Assembly: GCA_963813155.1 (NCBI GenBank)
Contig: CAWEYG010000001.1
Location: 800,001-864,000, forward strand
Source: an uncultured Acidobacteriota bacterium
GTDB lineage: Bacteria > Acidobacteriota > Thermoanaerobaculia > UBA5066 > DATFVB01
Direction: 5' to 3'
DNA length: 64,000 nucleotides
Position 1 is the stretch's first letter; every line of letters begins with the position of its first letter. Of the stretch, positions 38,526-49,004 are shown piece after piece. The notes under the pieces were generated by a model. The model searched no databases. It saw nothing but the letters and a program-made list of their open reading frames with translations, and was not told the origin of the DNA. The position numbers and the translations under genes were made by a program.

Positions 38526-41181
38526 TCATCGATTCAACAAGCCCTTCCAGTTCAGGACGAGGCTGAACGGAGGGGTGATCTGGTCGCTCAGCGCGAGGGC
38601 CACGAGGAATTTCCGGCCGTCGGGAGAGACGTCGAAAAACGAGTTCGCGCCCGAACGCAGGTCGAAGAGGGTCGACGGCGCGCCGGCGTGAAACGTCGGC
38701 GAAACGCTGATCGGGACGGCCAGGACCTTGAAGTCGAGAGACTCGTAGTAGAGCTCCTTCCCGTCGCGGCTCCAGACGGGGTTCCCGCCGCCGGACGTGG
38801 AGATCTGCCACCGGCCCGGGCCTTCCGGGAAGGGGCGCACGTAGACCTCGAACTTCCCGGATCCGTTCGACGCGAACGCGATCCACCGCCCGTCGGGGGA
38901 AAACCGGCTCGCGCTCTGGGCGTCCGCGTCCACCGAGAAGGGAGCGACCTTGCCGCCTTTCCCGGTTTCCGCGATCCACAACTGGGTATTTCTCTTCCCC
39001 ACCGCCGGAATGGCCGTCAGGGAGAGGAACCGCCCGTCCGGCGACCAGTCTTCCGGCGAGCGGTCGTCGGGCGATTCGAGGAGGGGCTCCTCCGGGCTTC
39101 CGTCGACGCGCTTGACCCAGAGGTCGCGCTTCGCGCCCTTCGTTTTTCGATTCGAGGCGAATACGATTCGGTCGCCCTCCGGCGACCAGACCGGGGTCGT
39201 ATCGGCAAAGTTGGAGGACGCGAATTTGTTGCCGGCCCCGCTCGCCGCGTCGAAGACCCAAACCTCGAGGTTGTTTCTCGCCGTATCGAACACGTCGGCC
39301 GCGATCCGCCGGCCGTCCGGCGAAAGGCGCCCGGTGTTGAAGGCGCGGGACTCCCCGGCCGTTCCCAGAGAACGGCCGTTTCGATCGAGCCACGTCAGCT
39401 GCAACGGAATCGCGAGGGTCGGCAGGTAAACGAGCGCCTGATCGGAGACGGAGAACAGGGCATAACCGAACCAGTTGCTCGAAGAAACGCGCTCGCCGAT
39501 CGCCGCGGGATCGCCGATCATTTCCCACCGGGAGAGATCGATTCTCTGCGCGAGAAGAGCTCCGGAGCGGCTATAGAAAAGATTCCCGCCGGCGTAGTCG
39601 GCGTTCGAGGCACCTGGAACGAGGGTCTTGTCGAGCTTCCCGTCGAGCGAGCCGACACGAATCGAGTTCGCCGAGTCGCCGGCCGGCGCGGAGGGATTCA
39701 TCGACATGTAAAGGAAATGCCGGCCGTCGGGAAGGAACCTCGGGTACCGGTGGGCCGTCACGTGCAGCGACGCATCAAGCTTCGTCACCGCGACGGGAAC
39801 GCCTCCCGAAGCCGCGACGCGGAAAAGCGGTGACGTAAACCCCGGCGCGAAGAGAATCGTCCCGTCGGGGCTCCACGATCCCCCCAGGCCCCGCTCCGCA
39901 TCGCAAATCGTCAGAATCGGACCTCCGGCGGCATCGACGCGCTTCAGCGATCCCTGGCTGAAGAACGCGACGAACCTGCCGTCGGGCGACCAGAACGGGA
40001 AGATTCCATCCTCCGCGCCCGGCACGGGTTTTGCGGCCGGCTCGGAAAGCGCCCGGATCCAGAGCCCCGGCTGCGAGCCCGGCGGGGCGGCGCAAAAGGC
40101 GAGCTTCGAGCCGTCGGGCGACAGGGCAATGTCGGAAATGAGCAGCTTATCGGGCGGAACGAGTGTGGCGAGAATCGGCTTTCCCTCCCGCGGCGATCGG
40201 CGGAAATATCCGGCGGCAAAGAGAAGCGCGGCGAGTCCCGCCACGCCCGCGCAGATCCACGCAATGCGCTCGCGGTTCTTTCGTTTCGACACGACGACGG
40301 CCGGCGCCCCCGCCTGCGAGCCCGCCTCCGCGATCCACGCGAGCTCGCTCTTGACGTCGCGCGCGCTCTGCCAGCGATCTTCGGGGTCTTTCGCGAGGCA
40401 CGTCTTGACGACCCGGTCCAGCGCGGGCGCCGTCATCGGGACGACGGCCGAGATCGGCGGCGGCTCGTCGCGCAGGATCGAGCTGATCAGCGAGACGCGG
40501 CTCGCGCCCTTGAACGCCTTCTGCGCCGTCGCCATCTCGTACAGGACACATCCGAATGAAAAGATGTCGGACCGGGCGTCCGCGTCCTTCCCTTCGAGCT
40601 GCTCCGGAGCCATGTATTGGAACGTTCCGAGGATCGTTCCCTTCTCCGTCACGGCCGGGGCCGCTTCCGTCGGAAGCGACGTGATGTCGGGCTCGCGCGC
40701 CGCGGCGAGCCCCTTCGCGAGTCCGAAGTCGAGCAGCTTGACGCCCGATTTCGTCATCATGATGTTACCGGGCTTGAGGTCGCGGTGGACGATTCCGGCC
40801 CGGTGCGCCTTGTCGAGCGCGTCGGCGATCTCGACGCCGGAGCGAAGGACCTGCTCGGGAGGCAGCGGCCCCCTCTCGAGCCTCTCGGAGAGCGTCTGCC
40901 CCTCGAGCAGCTCCATGACGAGATACTCGACGCCGTCGGCCGAGCCGACGTCGTACAGCGTGCAGATGTGCGGATGTGTCAGCTGCGAGATCGCCCGAGC
41001 CTCCCGCTCGAAGCGCTGCTTGAACTCGGGATTCTGCGACAGATGCTCGGGCAGCACCTTGATCGCGACGTCGCGCCCGAGCCGAGTGTCCTTCGCCTTG
41101 TAAACCTCTCCCATGCCGCCCGGCGCCGAGCGGCGAGAGGATTTCGTACGGGCCGAGACGGGTACCGGTCGCAAGACTCAC
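38526..41181 (-). CDS. Ser/Thr kinase + TM + TolB-like/PD40 beta-propeller (5' frameshift)
   Basis: [34 protein letters not shown], repeated WSPDG/FSPDG. Confidence 0.9.
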
Positions 41182-41199
41182 GCGGCGTTCCTCAATTCA

Positions 41200-41260
41200 A
41201 CCTCACCCCCCATCTCCCTCTCCAGCTGGAGAGGGGGTGGCCGAAGGCCGGGGGTGAGGT
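41200..41260. repeat. REP-like element, copy 2 (inverted)
   Basis: ACCTCACC...CCCTCTCCAGCTGGAGAGGGGG-TGGCCGAAGGCCGGG-GGTGAGGT. Confidence 0.85.
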
Positions 41261-41303
41261 CGGCAGATTCTAACCTCGCGGCGGGTCGAGGCCGGCCCGG
41301 GAA

Positions 41304-42206
41304 TCAGGAAACGCGTTTCACGAGCTCGCGAGCGTCCCGGGCCGGCGTCCGGAACGCCTGCCGCCGGAGCTCCGACGGAGTGAGCCCGAGAACGCGACGA
41401 AATGCCCACGTGAAGTGGCTGTGGCTGGAAAAACCGAGATCGACGCCGATCTGGGCCAGGTCCGAATCGCCCCCGAGCAGGCGCTCCACCGCGGCGTGAA
41501 GTCGGGCGCGCGTGCGGTACCGGTGCAGCGACGTGCCCGTCGAGTGCCGAAACGCCCGCATCAGGGAATAGGGCGAGCACCGGAGGCGCGCCGCGAGACT
41601 CTCCAGCCCCATCGGCTCGCCGAGGCGGCTCGAGAGAAGCGCCTTCGCGGTCTCCACGGCTTCCGCGCCGGTCGAGGACGTTCTCCGGGCCGGAGCGGGC
41701 TCGCGCGCCGCGGCGGCGAGCACCTCGTCTCCGAGCTCGATCGCGATCTCTTCGACCGAGAGGGCGTCCCGATCTTCGGCTCGCCGGAAGAGAACGTGCT
41801 CCAGGAGCTGGGCGCGGGGCGTCCGGGGGACGATCTCCGCCCGAAACGGCGCCTCGGGCGTGTCCGCGGCTCCCGGGTCGTGGCGGCGAACGATGTCGGC
41901 GAGAACGTCGGCCCGAAGCGTCAGGATGCGCCCCGTGTCCCCGCACCCGAAGGGATGGCTCGTGCGAAACGTCGAATACGCGTTGTGCAGGCTCACTTCA
42001 TTTCGCCCCGCGACGACGGGGCCCCGCTTCCCGTGAAAAAAGAAGGGCTTCCGGTCGGGGAACGCCATCCCATGGGAAGCGAGGTACCGCTCGCCCGTCA
42101 AAGTCGCATCGAGGTTCGAGCACTGCCACCTCGAGAGCCGGACGAACGGGCTCTCGAAGAGCACGGCGCCCCTCAATCCGGGCATGCCCCGCTCGATCTC
42201 GCGCAT
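41304..42206 (-). CDS. AraC-family regulator
   Basis: C-terminal LESLAARLRCSPYSLMRAF...LGFSSHSHFTWAFRRVLGLTPS. Confidence 0.85.
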   Translation of the reverse strand: MREIERGMPGLRGAVLFESPFVRLSRWQCSNLDATLTGERYLASHGMAFPDRKPFFFHGKRGPVVAGRNEVSLHNAYSTFRTSHPFGCGDTGRILTLRADVLADIVRRHDPGAADTPEAPFRAEIVPRTPRAQLLEHVLFRRAEDRDALSVEEIAIELGDEVLAAAAREPAPARRTSSTGAEAVETAKALLSSRLGEPMGLESLAARLRCSPYSLMRAFRHSTGTSLHRYRTRARLHAAVERLLGGDSDLAQIGVDLGFSSHSHFTWAFRRVLGLTPSELRRQAFRTPARDARELVKRVS

Positions 42207-42288
42207 TTCCACGAAGGGAATTGTCCGCCCTCGCGGCGGCCGGCTTCTTGAATGTTCCGAACCTGTCCAATTTTTCGTCCGGCGGCCG

Positions 42289-42317
42289 TTGACCGCCGCC
42301 CGGCGCCGGTCTAGTTT
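42289..42317 (+). promoter_or_regulatory. Probable leaderless-mRNA promoter
   Basis: TTGACC-17-TAGTTT; ATG 7 nt after the -10 box; no SD sequence. Confidence 0.45.
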
Positions 42318-42324
42318 CTGGGGC

Positions 42325-43572
42325 ATGAGCGAAGAAAAGCGTCCCTCCTCGTGGCGAACCGGCACCCGCGTCGTCCACTCCGGTTTCCCGTCCCGCGCCG
42401 ACGGAGAGGCCGGCTACTCCCTCTCCTCGCCGATCTGGCAGACCGCGACGTTCGGCTTCGACAACCCGGAAGACATCGCGCAGGCCGGTCTGGAGCATCA
42501 CCCGGCGACTTACTACACGCGCTACGGCAACCCCAATTTCCTGGAAGCGGAGCGGACGCTCCGCGAGCTGGAGCGCGGAGAAGCGGCGCTCGTGACGGGC
42601 TCCGGAATGGGCGCGATCAGCCTCGTGTTTCTCGGTCTCCTGAAGGCGGGCGACCACGTCGTCGCGCAGAAGACCCACTACGTCGGGACGGTCAAGCTCC
42701 TGACGCGCTGGCTGCCGTCGCTCGGAATCGAAACGACGATGGTCGACCAGACCGACCCGGGGAATTTCGAAGCGGCGATCCGCCCCAACACCCGCCTGCT
42801 CTACGCCGAGACGCCGGTCAACCCGACGCTCTCGCTCACGGACCTCGCCGCGGTCGCCGCGCTCGGCCGCTCCCGCGGGATCCGAACGTGCGTCGACAAC
42901 ACGTTCGCGACCCCGCACAACCAGCGGCCGATCGAGCTCGGAATCGATCTCGTCGTCCACAGCGCGACGAAGTACCTCTCCGGCCACAGCGACGTCACGG
43001 CCGGCGCGGTCGTGGGCGGCCGGGACGCGCTCGATCGCCTGTGGGAAGCGCTGATCGTCTACGGCATGACGCTCCACCCGATGGAGAGCTGGCTGCTTTC
43101 CCGGGGGCTCCAGACGTTTCCGATGCGGATGGATCTTCACAACCGTAACGCCGGGGAAATCGCCCGGTTCCTCGAAAATCATCCGCGCGTCGCGCGCGTT
43201 CACTATCCGGGCCTCGAGTCCCACCCGCAGCACGCGCTCGCGGCCCGACAGATGAGCGGCTTCGGGGGAATGCTCTCCTTCGAGCTCGCGGGCGGCTACG
43301 AGGACGCGCGCGACTTCACGAGCCGGCTGCGGCTGGTCCGCCGCGCCGTGAGCCTCGGGGGAACGAAGACGCTCGCGGCCCACGCCGCGTCGATGGTTTT
43401 TCCCCATCTCGGCCCGGAAGAGCGGGCAGCGGCGGGGATTTCGGAGAATCTCGTGCGCCTTTCCGTCGGGATCGAGGACCCGGAGGACATCCGGGAAGAC
43501 CTGGACGCCGCGCTCTCGGGAGCCCGCCCCGCCGCCGGCGCGGCTACGGGGTCGAAACGGGCTTCGCGCTGA
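42325..43572 (+). CDS. PLP-dependent trans-sulfuration enzyme (methionine gamma-lyase/cystathionine gamma-synthase family)
   Basis: YTRYGNP, SGMGAI, ETPVNP, VDNTFATP, HSATKYLSGHSD, LVRLSVGIED. Confidence 0.9.
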   Translation: MSEEKRPSSWRTGTRVVHSGFPSRADGEAGYSLSSPIWQTATFGFDNPEDIAQAGLEHHPATYYTRYGNPNFLEAERTLRELERGEAALVTGSGMGAISLVFLGLLKAGDHVVAQKTHYVGTVKLLTRWLPSLGIETTMVDQTDPGNFEAAIRPNTRLLYAETPVNPTLSLTDLAAVAALGRSRGIRTCVDNTFATPHNQRPIELGIDLVVHSATKYLSGHSDVTAGAVVGGRDALDRLWEALIVYGMTLHPMESWLLSRGLQTFPMRMDLHNRNAGEIARFLENHPRVARVHYPGLESHPQHALAARQMSGFGGMLSFELAGGYEDARDFTSRLRLVRRAVSLGGTKTLAAHAASMVFPHLGPEERAAAGISENLVRLSVGIEDPEDIREDLDAALSGARPAAGAATGSKRASR

Positions 43573-43690
43573 GAATCAGGACGACCCCGACGACCGCGGC
43601 GCCGACCGATTCCCAGCGCAGGTCGGGCTTGGAAAAAACGAGGGCGCCCGCCGCGCCGAGCAGGACCACGAGGAGGCCGACGATTCGCAT
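43544..43690 (-). CDS. Possible 48-aa two-TM small protein
   Basis: MRIVGLLVVLLGAAGALVFSKPDLRWESVGAAVVGVVLILSAKPVSTP; fills the gap between genes and is below the ORF-track cutoff. Confidence 0.45.
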   Translation of the reverse strand: MRIVGLLVVLLGAAGALVFSKPDLRWESVGAAVVGVVLILSAKPVSTP

Positions 43691-43720
43691 CCCGGCATCA
43701 TAGCCTCGCGCCGGCGCGGA

Positions 43721-44569
43721 TCAGCGGGCGGCCCCGGGGGGCCAGAGCGACAAACTCTGCGAGGCCCGGCGAAAGCGCGCGGGAGAGCGGCCCGCCTCGC
43801 GGCGGAATTCGCGCGTGAAATGGCTCTGGTCGGAGAAACCGGTCGAGAGGGCGATCTCGGCGAGCGATTCTTTTCCCCGGAGCAGCCGACGGGCGGCGTC
43901 GTCGACGCGGCGCGCCCGCAGGAATCCGGCGATCGAACACCCGAAACTCCGGCGGAAGAGGCGCGCGAGGTAGACCGGATGCACGCCGGCGGCCCGGGCG
44001 ATCTCTTCGACGCGAAGCGGGCGGCGAAAATTCTCGCGAATGTATTCGCACGCAGCCCGGATGCGGCGCGCCGCGGCGGAACGGGCGTCGGGAATTCGAA
44101 GGCGCGCTTCCCGCGAAAACTCGAGGCAGAGCTCTTCCGCGCGGAGCGCCAGCGAGGAGTCTCCCGACCGAAACGCGTCGTAGACACCGAACGCGTACGC
44201 AGACAGCGTTCCGACCGTGACGGAAGTCTCCTCGATCCAGTCCGGGGGAAGCCCGCAGAGCCTGTCCACCCCGAGCTCGAGGATGAAGAACCGGACGTCC
44301 GATCGGCCCATCCGGTCTTCGTGCAGCTTCTCCGCGGGCCGGAACACGACGCTCCGGGGCTCGCACTCCAGCTCGCGGCCCGCCGAGACCTCGAGGAACG
44401 AGCCGCTCAGCGTGAAATAGATCGTCGCGAGCCGGTGCGCGTGGAGGGAAACGTGCGTCGCGGCGGGGTGGGCCGACTCCGTCAGGCGGAAGCCTTCCAC
44501 CGACGCCTGACGCACCGTCGCGCCCAGGGTCGGCGACTCCAGCGAGAAACGATTGCCCACGGCTTTCAT
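43721..44569 (-). CDS. AraC-family regulator with cupin N-domain
   Basis: LHAH cupin; IARAAGVHPVYLARLF...GFSDQSHFTREF. Confidence 0.9.
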   Translation of the reverse strand: MKAVGNRFSLESPTLGATVRQASVEGFRLTESAHPAATHVSLHAHRLATIYFTLSGSFLEVSAGRELECEPRSVVFRPAEKLHEDRMGRSDVRFFILELGVDRLCGLPPDWIEETSVTVGTLSAYAFGVYDAFRSGDSSLALRAEELCLEFSREARLRIPDARSAAARRIRAACEYIRENFRRPLRVEEIARAAGVHPVYLARLFRRSFGCSIAGFLRARRVDDAARRLLRGKESLAEIALSTGFSDQSHFTREFRREAGRSPARFRRASQSLSLWPPGAAR

Positions 44570-44689
44570 GTCCTTCGCCCTATGGCTTTCATGATCCTTC
44601 GTCTACAAGACGAAAATCCAGCCCCAGGGTTTCATTTCTTCAAGACGCCGGAGACGGCCCCGGCGAGAATCGCGGCCGGCACAGGAGGA

Positions 44690-45802
44690 ATGAACATGAA
44701 AAGGGCTATCGCCAGCGCGGTGCTCGCATCGGCGTTCTCCGTCGGAATCGCGGCGGCTTCGTCGGACGCGCGGGACCCCTATTCGAACAGCTTCGACGTG
44801 CAAAAACTCGCGGAAGGCGTGTACGCGCTCGTCCGCAACTATCCGGCCGGCTTGATGGTCGACGGCAACTGCGTGTTCATCGTCAACGACGACGACGTCG
44901 TCGTCGTCGACGCGCCGGAGGCCTCGCGGGACATGCTCGCGGCGCTGCGGAAGATCACCTCCAAGCCGGTGCGATACGTCGTCAACACCCACTGGCACGA
45001 TGACCACATCACCGGAAACCATATCTACCGCGAGGCGTTCCCCGGGGTTTCGTTCATCGGCCACCGGAGCCTTCGCTACTACCTGCCGACGACGGGGCTC
45101 GTCAACCGGAAACAGATGATCGAAGGAGCTCCCGGCTTCGCCGCGCAGGAGAAGGAAATGCTCGCGAAGAACAAGAGCTTCCTCGGCGGCGAGCTGACCG
45201 ACGAAGAGCGCGCCGGCATGGCAAGCGACCCGAGGCTCGTCGACCGTTACATGGCGGAAGTCCCCGGAGCGGAGATCATTCTCCCCGACATCGCCGTCGA
45301 CGAACGCCTCACCCTGTACCGCGGCAAACGGACGATCGATATCCTGCACCTCCCCGGGCACACGGCGGGGGACCTCGTCGTCCACTTGCCGGCCGAGCAC
45401 ATCGCGATCACGGGAGATCTCGTCGTGTGGCCGATTCCCTTCATCGGGGACCCGCAGTCGCACATTGCCGACTGGGCGGCGAGCCTCAAGGCGATTCGAG
45501 GGCTCCACGCTTCCGCGTACGTGCCCGGCCACGGCCCGGTGATCCGCGACGATTCGTACGTGGCCCTGATGGAAGAGCTGATGACCTTCGTCAGCGCGAA
45601 GGTCCGGGAGTCGGTCTCGCGCGGCGAAACCCTCGAACAGGCGCGAAAGAACACCGACTTGAAGGACCTGCGCCGGCGCTTCGCCGGAGACTCGAAATGG
45701 AAGGGATTCATCTTCGACAACTACGTGACCGGCCCGTCGATCGACGCGGCCTTCCACGAAATGTCGGCGGAAAAAGGAGCGCCCCAACCGGGAAGAACCT
45801 GA
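44690..45802 (+). CDS. Secreted metallo-beta-lactamase-fold hydrolase
   Basis: RBS AGGAGG; signal peptide; NTHWHDDH, GHTAGD, TGDL, PGHG. Confidence 0.9.
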   Translation: MNMKRAIASAVLASAFSVGIAAASSDARDPYSNSFDVQKLAEGVYALVRNYPAGLMVDGNCVFIVNDDDVVVVDAPEASRDMLAALRKITSKPVRYVVNTHWHDDHITGNHIYREAFPGVSFIGHRSLRYYLPTTGLVNRKQMIEGAPGFAAQEKEMLAKNKSFLGGELTDEERAGMASDPRLVDRYMAEVPGAEIILPDIAVDERLTLYRGKRTIDILHLPGHTAGDLVVHLPAEHIAITGDLVVWPIPFIGDPQSHIADWAASLKAIRGLHASAYVPGHGPVIRDDSYVALMEELMTFVSAKVRESVSRGETLEQARKNTDLKDLRRRFAGDSKWKGFIFDNYVTGPSIDAAFHEMSAEKGAPQPGRT

Positions 45803-45824
45803 CGAATGGCGTAGGATACGCCCA

Positions 45825-47216
45825 ATGTCCCTGGAGCGAACTCTCAAGACGAGGGACCTCGTCCTGTTCAACGTGGCCGCGATCGTCGGCATGCGATGGG
45901 TCGCGCTCGCCGCACACTCCGGCCCCTCTTCGCTGGGTCTCTGGGTGCTCGCCGCCGTCGCGTTCTTCGTCCCCCAGGGTCTCGCCGTGACGGCGCTCTC
46001 CTCGGCGATTCCGGAGGAAGGCGGTCTCTACGTCTGGTCGAGCCGGGCGTTCGGCCCCCGGCAGGGTTTCGTCACCGGCTGGCTGTACTGGACCTCGAAC
46101 ATCCTCTATTTCCCCACGCTGACGCTTTCGACGGTGGTTTTCGCGCTCTACGTCTTCAACCTGCGGTTCGCGGCGCTGGAGAACAACCGCACGTATGCCG
46201 CGGGCGCCTCGCTCATCCTGCTCGCGATCGCGCTCGCGTTCAACATCGTCGGCCTGAAGACGGGCAAGTGGGTGCAGAACATCGGCGGGCTCGCGCAGTG
46301 GCTGCCGTCGGCCGTGCTGCTCGGCGTCGGAATCGTCGCGCTCGCGAGCTCCGGCTCGGCGACCCCGATCCCGGCCGCCGCGCTGCTCCCGTCTCTCGCC
46401 CACCGCGACACGATCATCTTTTTCGCGCAGATCTGTTTCGGGTTCGCGGGCCTCGAGCTCGCGCCGATGATGGCGGGCGAAGTGCAGGACCCGAAGAGGA
46501 CCTTTCCGCGCGCGATCTGGATCTCGGGCCTCACGATCGCCGCGTGCTACATCCTGGGAACGCTTTCGCTGATGTGGGCGCTTCCGTCGTCGAAGGTCTC
46601 GATCATCGCGGGCGTCAACCAGGCGATCGCGCAGGCCGGCGCGGCCCACGGCCTGCCGTGGCTCGGGCCGCCCGTCGCGCTCCTGATGACGATCGCCGGC
46701 CTCGGCGGCCTTGGCGCGTGGCTGATCGGAACGGCTCGGCTGCTCTTCGTGGGCGGCCTCGACCGCTACCTCCCGCCGGTGTTCGGGAAAACGCACCCGA
46801 AGTGGAAGACGCCCTACGTCGCGCTGCTCGTCCAGGCCGGGCTCTCGGCGCTTTTCATCCTCGCCGCGACGCAGGGGTCCACCGTGCACTCGGCGTACCT
46901 CATGCTCGTCGACGCGACGCTCATCGTCTACTTCATTCCGTACCTGTACATGTTCGCCGCCGCGATCCGGCTGCGCCGCTCGATCGCGGAAACGCCCGGC
47001 GCGATCGCAGTGCCCGGCGGGACGGCGGGGAGCTGGCTCGTCAACGGAGTCGGGTTCGCGACGACGCTCCTTGCGATCGTGCTCGCGCTCGTTCCGCCGT
47101 CGGACGAGGCCGGAAAGCTCGGGTTCTTTCTGAAGGTGTTCGGGGGATCGCTCGTGTTCCTCGTCGCGGGTTTCGTGTTCTACGCCTGGGCCGAGAAGCG
47201 CCGCGCGAGAACCTAA
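45825..47216 (+). CDS. APC-family amino acid permease
   Basis: About 12 TMs, EEGGLYVW, FAGLEL, HPKWKTP. Confidence 0.9.
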   Translation: MSLERTLKTRDLVLFNVAAIVGMRWVALAAHSGPSSLGLWVLAAVAFFVPQGLAVTALSSAIPEEGGLYVWSSRAFGPRQGFVTGWLYWTSNILYFPTLTLSTVVFALYVFNLRFAALENNRTYAAGASLILLAIALAFNIVGLKTGKWVQNIGGLAQWLPSAVLLGVGIVALASSGSATPIPAAALLPSLAHRDTIIFFAQICFGFAGLELAPMMAGEVQDPKRTFPRAIWISGLTIAACYILGTLSLMWALPSSKVSIIAGVNQAIAQAGAAHGLPWLGPPVALLMTIAGLGGLGAWLIGTARLLFVGGLDRYLPPVFGKTHPKWKTPYVALLVQAGLSALFILAATQGSTVHSAYLMLVDATLIVYFIPYLYMFAAAIRLRRSIAETPGAIAVPGGTAGSWLVNGVGFATTLLAIVLALVPPSDEAGKLGFFLKVFGGSLVFLVAGFVFYAWAEKRRART

Positions 47217-47277
47217 CCTCACCTCCGGCCTTCGGCCACCCCCTCTCCAGCTGGAGAGGGGGCCGGGGGGTGAGGTT
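47215..47277. repeat. REP-like element, copy 3, between convergent genes
   Basis: TAACCTCACC...GGTGAGGTTA; the ends coincide with both TAA stops. Confidence 0.85.
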
Positions 47278-48898
47278 ACAGGTCCGCGAGCGTCAGCGGC
47301 GCGTCCGCGCCCTTCCACGCCTCTTCGAACCGGCGCTTCACCCACGCCGCGTCGACGTCCTTCTTCTGCGATTCGAGGCTCTTCCACAACCCGAAGAGCG
47401 AGCGGGGATTGCGCGGGTTGCGATCGAGATCGTCGCGAAACGCCTTCTCCGCGTCGGCCGCGCGGCCCGCGCGAAGCAGCGCCGCTCCGAGCGCCTCGCG
47501 GGACGGCGAGATCCAGTCCGGCGGCTCGTCGTACGCGAGCGCGTCCTCCGCTTCGACGGCATTTTTCCAGGCGGCGATCGCGGCGTCGGTCTTGCCCTGC
47601 TTCTCGAGAATCCGCGCGTCCATCGTGGGCCGCATCACGGCGACGAAACGCTGGCCGTCGTTGAGCGTTCCGAGGAGGGCGTCGGGCACGACCTTCGCCG
47701 CCTCCGACTCGAACTCCGCGCGCTCGCGCCCGGCGGCCGCGAGATCGCCCGACATCGCGGCGGCGATTCCGCGGGCGAAGAACGTCTCGGCCCGGGCCAG
47801 GTGAAAGTCCGCGGCGGGCGGCTCCGCCTTTCGCGCCTCGTTCCATTTCGCGAAGCGCAGGTCCACGAGCGCGGGCAACGGCAGGACGTATTCGATGAAC
47901 GGAAGGTCTTTCGCGGCCGGCGTCACGTTGCGGGAGAGCTCTTCGGCCGTCTTGCGGGCCTCCGCGTAGCGGCCGGCCATCGACGCGGCGACGGCCTCGA
48001 AGCCGACGTTGTGGTTGTAGTACATCAGCGGGTACATGCCCGCCGCGCCCGTCGCGGCGATGTACGCGCGATCGACGCCGGCCGCCTTCGCGTTCGTGTC
48101 CGCGGCCGCGGCGTAGTCGCCGGTCCGCATGTACACGTGCGCCGGCATGTGAACGAGGTGGCCGGCTCCCGGCACGAGGGACTCCAGGCGCCGGGCGGAG
48201 ACGAGCGCCCGCTCCGGGTGAGGGGACTGCTCGGTCGCGTGGATGTAGTAGTGGTTCGCGCCGACGTGCTGCGGGTCCCGGCGGAGCACGGACTCGAGCA
48301 TCGAAACGAGCTCTTCCGTTCCGGGCGTCGGGGTCCCGTCGGGGCTCCACAGCTGCCAGGGGTGAAGGTCCATCATCGCCTCCGCGGCGAGCGTCGTCGC
48401 GTCGAGGTCGTCGGGGTACCGGCCCGCGACGTCCTTCATCGCGGCCGCGTAGTCCGCCGCGAGCTTCTTCAGGTCCGCCTTCGGGTCGTCCGAGTAGCGC
48501 TTCGAGAGCGCTTCCACGTACGCCCGCTCGACGGGCGGCGCTTTCGGCGCGAGCGCGAGCGCGCGGGCTTCGGCGGCGAACGCCGCCTTCTCCTTGTCGG
48601 CGTCGACGTCCATGTTGATGTTCGGGCCGAGCGAATAGGCGATTCCCCACAGCGGCATCACCGCCGTGGGATCCAGGCGCGCGGCTTCCTCGAACGAGCG
48701 GATCGCCTCCTCGTGGTTGAACCCGTACACGAGCGTCATGCCCTGGTCGAAAAACTTCTGCGCCTGCTCGCTCGAGGTCGAGATCGGGTGGTGGAGAGAG
48801 CCCAGGCCGGGCAGGAGGCTCGCGGCCGGCGGAGGAGGCTCCCCCGCGGCCAGGCCGGCCCCGGCCAGGACGAGAACGATTCCGAGCGCTCGTTTCAC
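47276..48898 (-). CDS. Secreted TPR-containing protein
   Basis: AQKFFDQG...YGFNHEEA, HVGANHYYIH, GHLVHMPAH, YDEPPDW. Confidence 0.8.
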   Translation of the reverse strand: MKRALGIVLVLAGAGLAAGEPPPPAASLLPGLGSLHHPISTSSEQAQKFFDQGMTLVYGFNHEEAIRSFEEAARLDPTAVMPLWGIAYSLGPNINMDVDADKEKAAFAAEARALALAPKAPPVERAYVEALSKRYSDDPKADLKKLAADYAAAMKDVAGRYPDDLDATTLAAEAMMDLHPWQLWSPDGTPTPGTEELVSMLESVLRRDPQHVGANHYYIHATEQSPHPERALVSARRLESLVPGAGHLVHMPAHVYMRTGDYAAAADTNAKAAGVDRAYIAATGAAGMYPLMYYNHNVGFEAVAASMAGRYAEARKTAEELSRNVTPAAKDLPFIEYVLPLPALVDLRFAKWNEARKAEPPAADFHLARAETFFARGIAAAMSGDLAAAGRERAEFESEAAKVVPDALLGTLNDGQRFVAVMRPTMDARILEKQGKTDAAIAAWKNAVEAEDALAYDEPPDWISPSREALGAALLRAGRAADAEKAFRDDLDRNPRNPRSLFGLWKSLESQKKDVDAAWVKRRFEEAWKGADAPLTLADL

Positions 48899-49004
48899 GG
48901 TTCCTCCTTCGAAAAATCGGGCCGATTATAGGCCCGGCGGGCAGCGAAGATCCTGAGGCCGGGCCGGCCGCGGGGTTTCTGATAAATTCCGTCGGCTGGA
49001 GGTC

